Shown here piece after piece: positions 38,190 through 48,285 of a DNA stretch of 64,000 nt (position 1 is its first letter; each line of letters starts with the position of its first letter). Under the pieces are notes generated by a model. It ran no database searches and was not told where the DNA came from. It saw only the letters and a list, made by a program, of their open reading frames with translations. The position numbers and the translations under genes were made by a program. Source of the DNA: Bacillota bacterium (GTDB lineage: Bacteria; Bacillota; Dethiobacteria; DTU022; UBA8154); assembly GCA_012798755.1 (NCBI GenBank), contig JAAZMP010000022.1, positions 2,047 through 66,046 of the forward strand. The letters are read 5' to 3'.

Positions 38190-40139
38190 TTGAACAGCCG
38201 TTTTTTACGACAGGTCACTTTTTATCTTTTACTTCTCTTGATTGCTGTGGCTTTGATACAGACTTTCAGCGGGACGCCGGAGGTAGTCCGCGATATTAGA
38301 TATTACCCTGATTTTATCGAAATGATCGAAAAAGGGGAGATTACCGAAGTAAAGCTGGTTGGAGATCATGCTATAGAGGCTTCGCATGTAGACGGTTCGA
38401 AAATCAAAACTTTTAAGCCAGCGGATGATGAGCTTACAGCAAGGTTGATGGAACAAAAGATTCCCCTGGATCCTCACCCGGAACAGCAGCCGCCATGGTG
38501 GTCCACTCTTTTGACTTATTTAATTCCCTTCATTCTTATCATCGGACTCTTTTTCTTTTTTATGCAGCACACACAGGGTGGCGGGAACAGAGTTATGAAT
38601 TTTGGGAGGAGCAGAGCAAAACTTTACGATGCCGAACGCAAAAAAGTTACCTTTGACCATGTAGCCGGAGCCGATGAAGAAAAATACGAACTCCAGGAAA
38701 TTGTAGAATTTTTAAAAGATCCCCGGAAATTTAATGAACTTGGTGCCCGTATACCCAAAGGGGTGCTCCTGGTGGGTCCCCCGGGGACGGGAAAAACACT
38801 TCTGGCCAGGGCGGTGGCCGGAGAGGCAGGGGTTCCTTTTTTCAGTATAAGCGGATCTGATTTTGTAGAGATGTTTGTAGGGGTGGGAGCCTCCCGTGTA
38901 AGAGATCTCTTCGAAAATGCCAAGAAAAATTCTCCCTGTATTGTTTTCATAGATGAAATCGACGCCGTGGGCAGGCAGCGTGGGGCCGGCCTGGGCGGAG
39001 GGCATGATGAAAGGGAGCAGACTTTGAACCAACTGCTGGTGGAAATGGATGGGTTCGATATAAACACAGGGATAATCATCCTTGCCGCTACTAACAGGCC
39101 GGATATCCTTGACCCTGCTCTGTTGAGGCCGGGCCGTTTTGACAGGCAAGTTACCGTTTACCTTCCCGATGTCAAAGGCCGGGAAGAAATTTTGAAGGTG
39201 CATATTAAAGGTAAACCCATAGCACCCGAGGTTGATTTGAAAGTTATAGCCAGAAGAACGCCTGGTTTTACCGGTGCCGACATAGAAAACCTTGTCAACG
39301 AGGCTGCCCTTCTGGCGGCCCGCCGGGATAAAAAAACCATTAACACAGGTGAAGTCGAAGAGGCCATTGATCGGGTCATTGCCGGCCCGGAAAAGAAAAG
39401 CCGTGTGATCAGCGAATTCGAAAAAAGGATCGTTGCTTTTCACGAAGCCGGCCATGCACTGGTTGGATACCTGCTGCCGAAAACGGATCCCGTGCATAAA
39501 GTATCTATCATACCCCGAGGAAAAGCCGGGGGCTATACCTTGATGCTTCCGGAAGAAGATCGTTATTATATGACCCGCTCCGAACTACTGGACAGGGTAG
39601 CAACCTTGATGGCCGGAAGGGTAGCCGAGGAAATTGCCTTCGATGAAATAAGCACAGGTGCACAAAATGATCTGGAGCGCAGTACAGCTATCGTGCGCCA
39701 GATGATCATGGAGTACGGCATGAGTGAATCCTTGGGACCCATCACCTTGGGAAGCAAACACGAGCAGGTTTTTTTAGGCCGTGATTTGCATAGAAATCGT
39801 GATTTTAGCGAGGAAATTGCCAAGGCCATAGATAAAGAAATACGCCGTACGGTAGATGAGTGCTACAACATGGCCAAAGATCTCATCGTCAAGAACCGTT
39901 CTAAGCTGGATGCCATTGCCGAAGCCCTGCTGGAAAGAGAGACATTGGATGCTACAGAAATTGCCGCCATTATGGAGGGCAAATCCTTGGATGAGCTGGA
40001 AGCGGAAGAAAAAGCAAAAGAACTGGATGCTAAACCGCAAAAGTCATGGGAGGAAGAAAAGAAAGAAAAAGTTAGCAAAGTCAAAGTAATATTCCGTGAA
40101 AAAGGGGACATCCGCAGGGAACCACAAAAAGAAGTATAA
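38190..40139 (+). CDS. ftsH: ATP-dependent zinc metalloprotease FtsH
   Basis: AAA Walker A GPPGTGKT, Walker [19 protein letters not shown] zinc site; TTG start 9 nt after GGGGAGGAGG. Confidence 0.9.
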   Translation: MNSRFLRQVTFYLLLLLIAVALIQTFSGTPEVVRDIRYYPDFIEMIEKGEITEVKLVGDHAIEASHVDGSKIKTFKPADDELTARLMEQKIPLDPHPEQQPPWWSTLLTYLIPFILIIGLFFFFMQHTQGGGNRVMNFGRSRAKLYDAERKKVTFDHVAGADEEKYELQEIVEFLKDPRKFNELGARIPKGVLLVGPPGTGKTLLARAVAGEAGVPFFSISGSDFVEMFVGVGASRVRDLFENAKKNSPCIVFIDEIDAVGRQRGAGLGGGHDEREQTLNQLLVEMDGFDINTGIIILAATNRPDILDPALLRPGRFDRQVTVYLPDVKGREEILKVHIKGKPIAPEVDLKVIARRTPGFTGADIENLVNEAALLAARRDKKTINTGEVEEAIDRVIAGPEKKSRVISEFEKRIVAFHEAGHALVGYLLPKTDPVHKVSIIPRGKAGGYTLMLPEEDRYYMTRSELLDRVATLMAGRVAEEIAFDEISTGAQNDLERSTAIVRQMIMEYGMSESLGPITLGSKHEQVFLGRDLHRNRDFSEEIAKAIDKEIRRTVDECYNMAKDLIVKNRSKLDAIAEALLERETLDATEIAAIMEGKSLDELEAEEKAKELDAKPQKSWEEEKKEKVSKVKVIFREKGDIRREPQKEV

Positions 40140-40149
40140 GAAACTTATA

Positions 40150-40173
40150 GCCGGGAAATTCCCGGTTTTTTTT
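40150..40173 (+). terminator. Intrinsic terminator after ftsH
   Basis: AGCCGGGAAATTCCCGG + T8. Confidence 0.6.
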
Positions 40174-40419
40174 ATGTACGTTACCCACTAAATAGCTGTA
40201 ATTGTACTAAATAAAGTGAAAAAATTAACTATCCGTAGCAGGAATTTGATTTTCAATGTAGAAATACGTTTTGTAAGGGAAAGCAAGTTTAATGAGCCGT
40301 ATTAATGAAAATATTCGGAAAATTAATCTTCGAAAGGGGGGCTGAAAGAAGAAAGCAGAAACAAGTTAAACGGGTTTTATTATAGTAAAAAAACAAAACT
40401 CAAGGAGGCTTAGGTCTAA

Positions 40420-42183
40420 ATGGCACTTGATCCAACTAAACATGCTGATTGGGAAATTGCTGAAGAGGCAGAATCGCGGATGAAGACAGTCTATCAGCTG
40501 GGAGAGGAGCTGGGACTGGAAAAGGAGGAACTTCTTCCCCATGGTCACTATGTGGCTAAGGTAGACTTCAAGAAGGTTCTGGAACGTCTTAAAGATAGGC
40601 CGGATGGCAAATATGTCGATGTGACGGCTATTACCCCCACTCCTTTGGGAGAAGGGAAGTCTACTTCCCTGGTAGGATTGGTTCAGGGGCTTGGTAAACG
40701 CGGCAAGAGTGTTATCGGTACGATGAGACAGCCTTCCGGCGGCCCGACGATGAACGTCAAAGGTTCCGCTGCTGGCGGCGGCTTGGCCCAGTGTATTCCT
40801 TTAACCGAATTTTCTTTAGGGTTGACCGGGGATATTAACGCCGTGATGAATGCCCATAACCTGGCTATGGTTGCTTTGACATCCCGTATGCAGCACGAAT
40901 TTAACTACAGTGACAATTTCCTAAACAAAATCAATCTTAAAAGGCTGAACATTGATCCCAGGAATGTAGAAATGAAATGGATCATGGACTTCTGTGCCCA
41001 AGCACTGCGTGACATTGTCATCGGTATTGGGGGCAAAATGGACGGTTTCATGATGAAATCCGGTTTTGCCATCGCTGTTTCCTCGGAAATCATGGCTATT
41101 TTGTCCGTGGCTACCGATCTGAAAGATATGAGAGAACGTATGGGCAAAATTGTAGTAGCTTATGACAAAAAAGGCAATCCGGTAACCACCGCCGATCTGG
41201 AAGTAGACGGCGCGATGACTGCTTGGATGGTAGATGCCTTAAATCCCAACTTGATGCAGACCTTGGAAGGACAGCCCATGCTCATCCACGCCGGGCCCTT
41301 TGCCAATATCGCTGTGGGCCAGTCTTCGGTTGTTGCGGATCGCATTGCTCTTAAGATGGCTGACTATACGATTACAGAATCCGGTTTTGCCGCTGACATC
41401 GGCTTTGAAAAATTCTGGAACATTAAATGCCGTATGTCCGGACTGAAACCGCATTGTGCTGTTTTGGTTGCTACGATCAGGGCTCTGAAGTGTCATGGTG
41501 GAGCACCGCTGCCTTTACCGGGCCGTCCCCTGGATGAAGGCTATGAAAAAGAAAATATTCCCTGGGTAGAGGCCGGCTGTGAAAACCTGATTCACCTTAT
41601 TAACGTTATTAAGAGATCTGGTGTCAACCCGGTTGTATGTATTAATGCTTTCCACACCGATACAGACAAAGAAATCGAAACCGTGCGCCGCTTGGCCGAA
41701 GAAGCAGGGGCAAGGGTGGCCCTTTCGAGGCATTGGCAGTATGGCGGGGACGGTGCTCTTGAACTTGCCGATGCTGTAGTTGAAGCCTGTGAAGAAGAAT
41801 CTGAGTTCAAGTATCTTTATGAACTGGATGTTCCCCTGCGTGAACGCATTGACCTGATCGCCAAGGTGGTTTACGGTGCTTCCGGGGTAGATTATTCGGC
41901 TGAAGCTTTGGCCAAGGCTAAGAGAATGGAACAAGATCCCGAACTGCAAAAACTTTGTACCTGTATGGTTAAGACACACCTTAGTTTAACCGACAATCCC
42001 ATGCTCAAAGGTGTGCCCAAAGACTGGAATCTTTTCGTCCGGGATATCCTTACTTACGGTGGTGCCGGATTTGTTGTTCCGGTAGCCGGAACGATCAGTT
42101 TGATGCCTGGTACAGGTTCCAACCCGGCCTACCGTCGTATCGACGTTGATGTAGAAACAGGCAAGGTTAAAGGCTTGTTCTAG
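40420..42183 (+). CDS. fhs: Formate--tetrahydrofolate ligase family protein (587 aa, somewhat divergent)
   Basis: P-loop [19 protein letters not shown] block, overall FTHFS architecture. Confidence 0.75.
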   Translation: MALDPTKHADWEIAEEAESRMKTVYQLGEELGLEKEELLPHGHYVAKVDFKKVLERLKDRPDGKYVDVTAITPTPLGEGKSTSLVGLVQGLGKRGKSVIGTMRQPSGGPTMNVKGSAAGGGLAQCIPLTEFSLGLTGDINAVMNAHNLAMVALTSRMQHEFNYSDNFLNKINLKRLNIDPRNVEMKWIMDFCAQALRDIVIGIGGKMDGFMMKSGFAIAVSSEIMAILSVATDLKDMRERMGKIVVAYDKKGNPVTTADLEVDGAMTAWMVDALNPNLMQTLEGQPMLIHAGPFANIAVGQSSVVADRIALKMADYTITESGFAADIGFEKFWNIKCRMSGLKPHCAVLVATIRALKCHGGAPLPLPGRPLDEGYEKENIPWVEAGCENLIHLINVIKRSGVNPVVCINAFHTDTDKEIETVRRLAEEAGARVALSRHWQYGGDGALELADAVVEACEEESEFKYLYELDVPLRERIDLIAKVVYGASGVDYSAEALAKAKRMEQDPELQKLCTCMVKTHLSLTDNPMLKGVPKDWNLFVRDILTYGGAGFVVPVAGTISLMPGTGSNPAYRRIDVDVETGKVKGLF

Positions 42184-42244
42184 ATAAAGTTTTTGTACCA
42201 GTATATTTCGTAAAACAATATAGTACGCCAAACAACAAAAATGA

Positions 42245-42360
42245 TGGCTGGCAGAGTAGGTGTTGTGCGTAAAGTGCTAAGGGATGGGAAGTTGCCCTTA
42301 GACGAAGGGTGCCCAATTGGCAGGCGACCTGCGACATAACACCGCATCCGCTGTCACACA
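42245..42360 (+). ncRNA. THF (tetrahydrofolate) riboswitch
   Basis: AGAGTAGG...TGCGT-AAGTGC...GGGAAG...GGGTGCCC-ATTGG...GGCGA-CTGCG-CATA...GCATCCGCTGT blocks as I recall them from the Rfam THF (folT) motif; immediately upstream of an ECF S-component. Confidence 0.7.
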
Positions 42361-42440
42361 AGAGCAAGAGCTATAAACACCTCTTTTCCTCTTGGATGTG
42401 GCAGCCTGCCCATCCTTAAGGGAAGGGAGGTGTATCCTTT

Positions 42441-43016
42441 TTGAAGGGTAGAATTTCTACGCAGATGTTGACAAGGATGGCCCTGTTGATCGCCCTGGCA
42501 ATCATTGCTGAAAGAGTTTTAAGCATACGTATACCCCTGGGCGGTACAGAAGGTTTTCGTCTTGGTTTCGGGTCGTTGCCTATTGTCTTTTCCGGCATTT
42601 TTATGGGGCCGTTGGCCGGAGGATTGGTTGGGGCTATCGCTGATCTGGCCGGTTATTTTATTAACCCCTTTGGTCCGTACATGCCTCATTTTACCTTAAC
42701 TTCTACTTTAAGGGGAGTCATCCCCGGGCTGGTTATATTGCTGGCCAGTAGAGGGAGGCGTGAAGTGGGCGTTTTCCCCTTGTTTCTTGCTGTAGTGGCC
42801 ATGTTTGTAATAGTAAATATCCTGATTCTTCCTTATTTCCAGGAAATATTATTTGGCTTACTGCGTGTTGTTGTCGTTCCGACAAAAATAGTGGAAGCTG
42901 CCATTAACATCCCGGTTTATACGGTAATACTTTTTACACTGGGGAAAGTTATGGAGAGAGTCTTTGTTTCCGGCTACGATAAGAATGTTTTGCGTCTTTC
43001 GGGCCGGTTGTGGTAG
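42441..43016 (+). CDS. folT: ECF transporter S-component, folate family (FolT-like)
   Basis: 191 aa, 5-6 TM, ECF-S fold pattern; preceded by THF riboswitch. Confidence 0.65.
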   Translation: MKGRISTQMLTRMALLIALAIIAERVLSIRIPLGGTEGFRLGFGSLPIVFSGIFMGPLAGGLVGAIADLAGYFINPFGPYMPHFTLTSTLRGVIPGLVILLASRGRREVGVFPLFLAVVAMFVIVNILILPYFQEILFGLLRVVVVPTKIVEAAINIPVYTVILFTLGKVMERVFVSGYDKNVLRLSGRLW

Positions 43017-43098
43017 GTAAAAAGAGCAAAGGGCCTAAATGTATGACACAGAGGCCCTTTGCTCCCATCTTTGCTAGCGGCATAAACAATATGGCAAT

Positions 43099-43899
43099 AT
43101 GTCAAGCGAAAGGGTGATCGGGTTGCTCCTGGCGATAGATGTTGGCAATACCAATATAATGTTAGGGGTATACGATGGAAAAGAGCTGAGAAAAAGCTGG
43201 CGTATTTCTACCGATCGCGAGCAGACGGATGATGAGTACGGGATTTTGATCCGCAACCTTTTTCAACAAAATGCCCTGCAGGCAGAATGCATCAATGCGA
43301 TGATCATTTCATCCGTTGTACCGCCGCTTCGCTACCCCCTGCAAAAAATGGCTTTAAGGTATTTTAATGTATCCCCCTTAATTGTAGGGCCGGGGATAAA
43401 GACAGGCTTGAACATTTTATTTGACAACCCCAGGGAGGTGGGTGCAGACCGCGTCGTAAATTCAGTCGCAGCCATAGAATTATATGGCGGGCCTTTAATC
43501 ATCGTGGATTTTGGTACGGCAACTACATTCTGCGCTATCTCCGAAAAGGAGGAATATTTAGGAGGGGCTATAGCACCTGGAATCAATATTTCTATGGAGG
43601 CCCTCTTTCAAAAGGCCGCCAAGTTGCCCCGGGTTGAACTGATCAGGCCCTCCAAGGTTATTGGGAAGGATACTATTGCCAGCATGCAGTCTGGCATACT
43701 GTTTGGGTTTGTGGGGCAGGTTGATGGCATCGTTAAACGCATGCTCAAGGAATTTCCCCAAAAACCAAAGGTTTTGGCTACAGGTGGGTTGGCGGGCCTT
43801 ATTGCCAAAGAATCTGAGACCATTGAAGAAGTAAATTATCTTTTGACACTGGAAGGCTTGAGGATAATCTATGAGAGAAATACCCCCACACGCCAGTAA
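43099..43899 (+). CDS. coaX: Type III pantothenate kinase
   Basis: [11 protein letters not shown]-terminal motif, GTATT, 266 aa. Confidence 0.85.
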   Translation: MSSERVIGLLLAIDVGNTNIMLGVYDGKELRKSWRISTDREQTDDEYGILIRNLFQQNALQAECINAMIISSVVPPLRYPLQKMALRYFNVSPLIVGPGIKTGLNILFDNPREVGADRVVNSVAAIELYGGPLIIVDFGTATTFCAISEKEEYLGGAIAPGINISMEALFQKAAKLPRVELIRPSKVIGKDTIASMQSGILFGFVGQVDGIVKRMLKEFPQKPKVLATGGLAGLIAKESETIEEVNYLLTLEGLRIIYERNTPTRQ

Positions 43900-44106
43900 A
43901 GTGGTTGGCGGTTATAAATAAATTATTTATAAAGCGATTTTTTGGCAGGAATTTGACAGCAAATAAGAGAAATTATTAACAAAGAGTATCTAGAGGTATC
44001 TATAAGGGGGTAAAAGGAGGAATTGAGCTAAGTATAAAAATTATCAAACGATTCTTAAAGAAATGGTGGATCAAATAATATCGCTGTTCGAAGAGGTGAT
44101 GCGCTT

Positions 44107-44502
44107 ATGGATGATTATATCGCTAAGGTGGTTTTTCGCTACGTAACGCTCGTTGTCATTATTTACGGTTTTTATGTTATTCTTCACGGTAGCGCTTCTC
44201 CCGGCGGCGGTTTTGCCGGAGGATCAATACTGGCCATGGGTATACTCATTTATTTCTTGGTCTTTGGCGAACATTGGAGGGGGAGGTTAAGGGAGGCCCC
44301 CATGGATGTGGCTATTTTATTTTTAGGCCTTGGGGCTGCAGTGGAGGGCATCAAATTTTTAGTTCCTCAGAAACATGGATTGGTTGGTGCTCCGGGGACG
44401 TTGTTTGGCGGAGGATGGGTCAGCCTGGCAAATTTCTGTATCGGGACGCTGGTGGCCTGCTCCATTTTGACCATTATTTATCTTTTGGTGAAGGAGGAGT
44501 GA
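44107..44502 (+). CDS. Mrp/Mnh antiporter MnhB-domain-like small membrane subunit
   Basis: 4 TM, Gly-rich GGGFAGG segment; first gene of Mrp-like cluster. Confidence 0.4.
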   Translation: MDDYIAKVVFRYVTLVVIIYGFYVILHGSASPGGGFAGGSILAMGILIYFLVFGEHWRGRLREAPMDVAILFLGLGAAVEGIKFLVPQKHGLVGAPGTLFGGGWVSLANFCIGTLVACSILTIIYLLVKEE

Positions 44503-44509
44503 AGCGGCA

Positions 44510-44887
44510 ATGACGATTGACTTTTCTGTGCTGTTATTAAATTATCCTTATTTTATTTCTATAATCATTTTTTGTTTGGGCTGTTTATGTATTCTTACCC
44601 AGCATAATTTACTAAAAAAAGTAATTGGTATCAATATTATGCAGTCGGGCATTTTTCTATTCTATATTGCCTTGGGTAATATCAAGGGCGGCATTGCTCC
44701 AATCTATGATCCTGGTTTGCCGGAGGCCACCTTGTACATTAACCCTTTGACTTCCACTCTAATTTTGACCGGTATAGTCGTAGGCTTCAGCGTAACAGCC
44801 TTTGCCCTGGCTCTCATCGTAAAACTCCATCAATTTTACGGTACGATTCACGCTTCTGAGATTATTAGGATGAGATCATTAGGATGA
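44510..44887 (+). CDS. mrpC: Mrp antiporter subunit C (NuoK-like)
   Basis: ~120 aa, 3 TM, NuoK/MnhC pattern. Confidence 0.65.
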   Translation: MTIDFSVLLLNYPYFISIIIFCLGCLCILTQHNLLKKVIGINIMQSGIFLFYIALGNIKGGIAPIYDPGLPEATLYINPLTSTLILTGIVVGFSVTAFALALIVKLHQFYGTIHASEIIRMRSLG

Positions 44888-44888
44888 G

Positions 44889-46385
44889 GTGACAAAAAAG
44901 ATGCATTTGTGGGAAAATATGCCTTTCTTTTTAGTAATCGGATCACTGGTTGGAGCCTTTGTTATGGCTATGTTTGCCCGCTGGAAAAAGGAATGGTGCC
45001 CCTATCTTACGATTATCAGCGTGGGCTTTTCCTTTATTCTCAGCTGTATTATAATGTCCCGGGTGGCCGGGGGGGAAATAATCCACTACTATGCCGGAGG
45101 CTGGCGCCCTCCTTGGGGTATTGAAATGATGATCGACGAATTGGGTGCAGTAATGCTGCTGCTTCTTTCGGGAAGTTTTTTGTTGATCGCCATTTATTGT
45201 ATTTATGCCGTACCCAAAGAGATCCATCCCTCTGTTTCCGGCTGGTATTATACATGCTTCCTTTTAACGCTTTCAGCGATGATGGGCATGGTGGCTACAA
45301 ACGACTTTTTTAACCTTTTCGTGATGGTCGAGGTCACGGGTATCGGGGCTTGCGCGCTGGTGGCCGCCAAAGGGGAAAAACTTTCCACGGAAGCTGCTCT
45401 TCGTTATTTGATTCTATCTTCTATTGGGGCAGCCTTTCTTTTGTTTGCCATCGCTTTTGCCTACCAGCTTACCGGAAATTTGAATATGACCTATGTTGCT
45501 GCAGAACTTGCCAATATCAGAACCCAGTATCCGGTTATCATCTGGGTCATGATCAGCTTTTTTACAGTTGGACTGGGGCTGAAGGCAGCACTTTTCCCTT
45601 TGCATATCTGGCTGCCGGATGCGCACTCTTCCGCCCCTTCACCTTCCAGCGCCATTCTTTCCGGCCTGGTAGTGAAAGTGTATATTGTTTCTATCATGAG
45701 AGTGTACTTCCTGGTCTTCGGTTTTGATATTTTTACAGGAACGTATATGCGTTATCTGATCCTGGCTATGGCTACGTTGGCCATACTTTTTGGTTCTTTC
45801 TTTGCCTTCGTCCAGGTGAACCTGAAGCGCCGGCTGGCTTACTCTACTGTGGCCCAAATCGGTTATATCTTTCTTGGTTTTGGACTGGGAACGGTATGGG
45901 GTATCACGGCGGCTATGCTGCATATTATCATTCACGCTTTTATGAAGGTGTGCCTCTTTTTGTCCGCCGGAGCGATTCATTATCAGACGGGCAGGAAGAA
46001 GGTTACGGAGTTTGTAGGCCTGGGCTATCAAATGCCGGTGACTATGGTTTCCTTTACGATTGCCTCACTTTCTATGATTGGCATACCGCTTTTCGGGGGT
46101 TTTATTACGAAATACGGGATTGCCCTGGGCAGCCTGGAGGCGGACAATCCTTATTTCATTGCTTTGATCGTTTTAAGCGGGCTGCTGAATGCCTCCTACT
46201 ATCTGCCGTTAATTTGGCAGGCTTACTTTGTATCGGGCCCGAGAATCAAACTAAAAATGGATGCTGTCCCCTTAAGCATGTTGGTGCCTATTATGATCAT
46301 GGCTGCAGGGGTCATTTATATGGGGGTTTTCCCCGGTGGGGCTTTGAACTTCCTGGGTAAAGCGGTCACCAGGTTTTTACTATAA
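44889..46385 (+). CDS. mrpD: Mrp antiporter subunit D (NuoM/N-like proton-conducting subunit)
   Basis: PF00361-type core (WLPDAHS...), 498 aa. Confidence 0.75.
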   Translation: MTKKMHLWENMPFFLVIGSLVGAFVMAMFARWKKEWCPYLTIISVGFSFILSCIIMSRVAGGEIIHYYAGGWRPPWGIEMMIDELGAVMLLLLSGSFLLIAIYCIYAVPKEIHPSVSGWYYTCFLLTLSAMMGMVATNDFFNLFVMVEVTGIGACALVAAKGEKLSTEAALRYLILSSIGAAFLLFAIAFAYQLTGNLNMTYVAAELANIRTQYPVIIWVMISFFTVGLGLKAALFPLHIWLPDAHSSAPSPSSAILSGLVVKVYIVSIMRVYFLVFGFDIFTGTYMRYLILAMATLAILFGSFFAFVQVNLKRRLAYSTVAQIGYIFLGFGLGTVWGITAAMLHIIIHAFMKVCLFLSAGAIHYQTGRKKVTEFVGLGYQMPVTMVSFTIASLSMIGIPLFGGFITKYGIALGSLEADNPYFIALIVLSGLLNASYYLPLIWQAYFVSGPRIKLKMDAVPLSMLVPIMIMAAGVIYMGVFPGGALNFLGKAVTRFLL

Positions 46386-46406
46386 TTATCAGGGGAGTGA
46401 TTTTTA

Positions 46407-46934
46407 ATGTCTTCAAACCGCTCGCTGCTGGATGGTTTTAAGCGGGATCTGGGTGGCTCGCTGCTTATCGCTGTCCTGATGCTGGGCTTTTGGCTGCTTG
46501 TGTCCGATAGTTTACATTGGCAGCATCTGCTCACAGGAGTCATTATTGCCTTTTTCACGACTGTACTTTGGAACCAAATTACGGCCGAAGAAAAAGGGAA
46601 AACAAACATTACCTTGTACCGGATTTTCCTTTTTGCACGCTATTTTGTTTACCTTGTATGGGAAATAATCAAAGCAAACTATGTGGTGGCTTGTATAGTT
46701 CTTAATCCTAAGATGCCCATATCGCCGAGTGTTATTACCATGAAAATAGATCTAAAAAAAGATCTGGTACGTGTTCTTTTTGCTAATTCCATCACTCTTA
46801 CGCCGGGTACTGTGACGGTGGAACTGGAAGGCGACCGCCTTACCGTTCACGGTATAACGAAAGAGCACGTTGAGGGTTTGCGCGACTGGTATCTTTTAGA
46901 TATGGCCAGAGAACTGGAAGAAAGCGGTGATTAA
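46407..46934 (+). CDS. mrpE: Mrp antiporter subunit E
   Basis: MnhE pattern with LTPGTV segment, 175 aa. Confidence 0.6.
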   Translation: MSSNRSLLDGFKRDLGGSLLIAVLMLGFWLLVSDSLHWQHLLTGVIIAFFTTVLWNQITAEEKGKTNITLYRIFLFARYFVYLVWEIIKANYVVACIVLNPKMPISPSVITMKIDLKKDLVRVLFANSITLTPGTVTVELEGDRLTVHGITKEHVEGLRDWYLLDMARELEESGD

Positions 46935-47202
46935 AATGTTGGATGCTATTCTAAATTTCTATTCCATTGGCCTGGCTGTTTTGGGCCTGGCAGCGCTCTA
47001 CAGGGCCTATGCCGGTCCCTCTGCTACAGATCGCATCGTGGCCATGAACCCGATCACCACGGCCATCGCGCTGTATATACTAATCTATTCTTACAGGTTT
47101 GATCAATACCATTATGTTGATGTGGCCCTGCTCTTTGTGCTGGCAAGCTTTGTGGGTACTATTGCTATTCTCAAGCTGCTGCGTGACGGCAGGATAATCT
47201 AG
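46927..47202 (+). CDS. mrpF: Mrp antiporter subunit F
   Basis: 91 aa, 3 TM, MnhF-like. Confidence 0.55.
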   Translation: MIKMLDAILNFYSIGLAVLGLAALYRAYAGPSATDRIVAMNPITTAIALYILIYSYRFDQYHYVDVALLFVLASFVGTIAILKLLRDGRII

Positions 47203-47304
47203 CCTTGGGGCATACTGGTTTTGGTCCTGGAAAATACATTGGTTGCCGGTCTTTGTCCGCGTGGAACAGAAACACACTTTTTGTGAAGGAGGCGGGGAAA
47301 CCAG

Positions 47305-47670
47305 ATGGATGTGGTAAAAGATGTCATCGTGATAATCCTTTTGCTCGGGGGCTATTTTTTCCTGGCAGCAGCTGTAATCGGTTTAATCAGGCTCCCTGAT
47401 GTTTACAACCGCATGCATGCCATGGGGAAATATGATACCTTGGGTGCCGGCCTGGCCTTACTGGCCATGGTGATTTTAGTGCAAGGAGCATCCAATGTCA
47501 TCAAAGTGCTGATGATTATGGGGATGATCCTGATCGTGAGCCCCGTAATGACGCACCTGATAATGAAAACAGCCTATGACAAAGGTACGCCCATGGTGAA
47601 AGGTACCTTTAATTTAAATGTTTACGATCAGAAAAAGGGCAAGTTGTCGAAGGAAGAAGGTGAGCGATAA
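47305..47670 (+). CDS. mrpG: Mrp antiporter subunit G
   Basis: MnhG pattern (LIRLPDVY.R.HA.GK). Confidence 0.7.
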   Translation: MDVVKDVIVIILLLGGYFFLAAAVIGLIRLPDVYNRMHAMGKYDTLGAGLALLAMVILVQGASNVIKVLMIMGMILIVSPVMTHLIMKTAYDKGTPMVKGTFNLNVYDQKKGKLSKEEGER

Positions 47671-47671
47671 A

Positions 47672-47920
47672 ATGATCATTGCGCCGGAATATATTATGTT
47701 TTTGCTGCTTACGCTGTTGGTGCTTGCAATTATGGCGATCTTTATTTTTGATGATCTTCTGCTCATGGCCATTGTTTATGGAGGATACGGGGTTGTTATG
47801 GCTTTTGTCTGGCAGATGCTCAATGCGCCGGATATTGCTATTACCGAGGCAGCAGTGGCGGTAGCATCTTCTGTCTTGATGATTACAGTTATATCACGAT
47901 TGGGGAGGCGACCGGAATGA
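47672..47920 (+). CDS. DUF4040/MnhB-N-terminal-domain-like small membrane protein
   Basis: 83 aa, 3 TM, position and size like MbhD/E-type subunits. Confidence 0.4.
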   Translation: MIIAPEYIMFLLLTLLVLAIMAIFIFDDLLLMAIVYGGYGVVMAFVWQMLNAPDIAITEAAVAVASSVLMITVISRLGRRPE

Positions 47921-48216
47921 ACTTCAACTGGCGTGAATTTGTCTTTATTGGCGCAACCGTTGTGGTGGTAGCCCTGATAGCTGCAATCTTACTGTTATCG
48001 ATCATGGAAATGCCTGTCTATGGGGAGGTGACGAACCCGACCAATAATTATGTGACAGGCCGCTATGTGGATATGGGCAGCATTGAAAGCGGTGGATCAA
48101 ACTTGGTTGCTAACATCGTGTTGGATTACCGCGGCTACGATACTTTATTGGAAACGACCGTGATATTTACCGCTGTAATGTCTATCATGGTGCTTTGGGG
48201 GGTTAAAAAGGAATAA
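47917..48216 (+). CDS. mrpB: Mrp antiporter subunit B (MnhB domain)
   Basis: NLVANIVLDYRGYDTLLETTVIFTAV MnhB signature. Confidence 0.6.
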   Translation: MNFNWREFVFIGATVVVVALIAAILLLSIMEMPVYGEVTNPTNNYVTGRYVDMGSIESGGSNLVANIVLDYRGYDTLLETTVIFTAVMSIMVLWGVKKE

Positions 48217-48285
48217 AGGCGCAGCGTCTTTTCAGGCAAATGCGTTGCAGGTACTCTGGTTTGAAATATCTCCGGAAAAAAAGAG

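Noticed and set aside
38183-38192. ATG at 38183 as the ftsH start
   Set aside because: It is out of frame with the conserved FtsH reading frame. The in-frame start is the TTG at 38190, placed 9 nt after a strong GGGGAGGAGG Shine-Dalgarno sequence.
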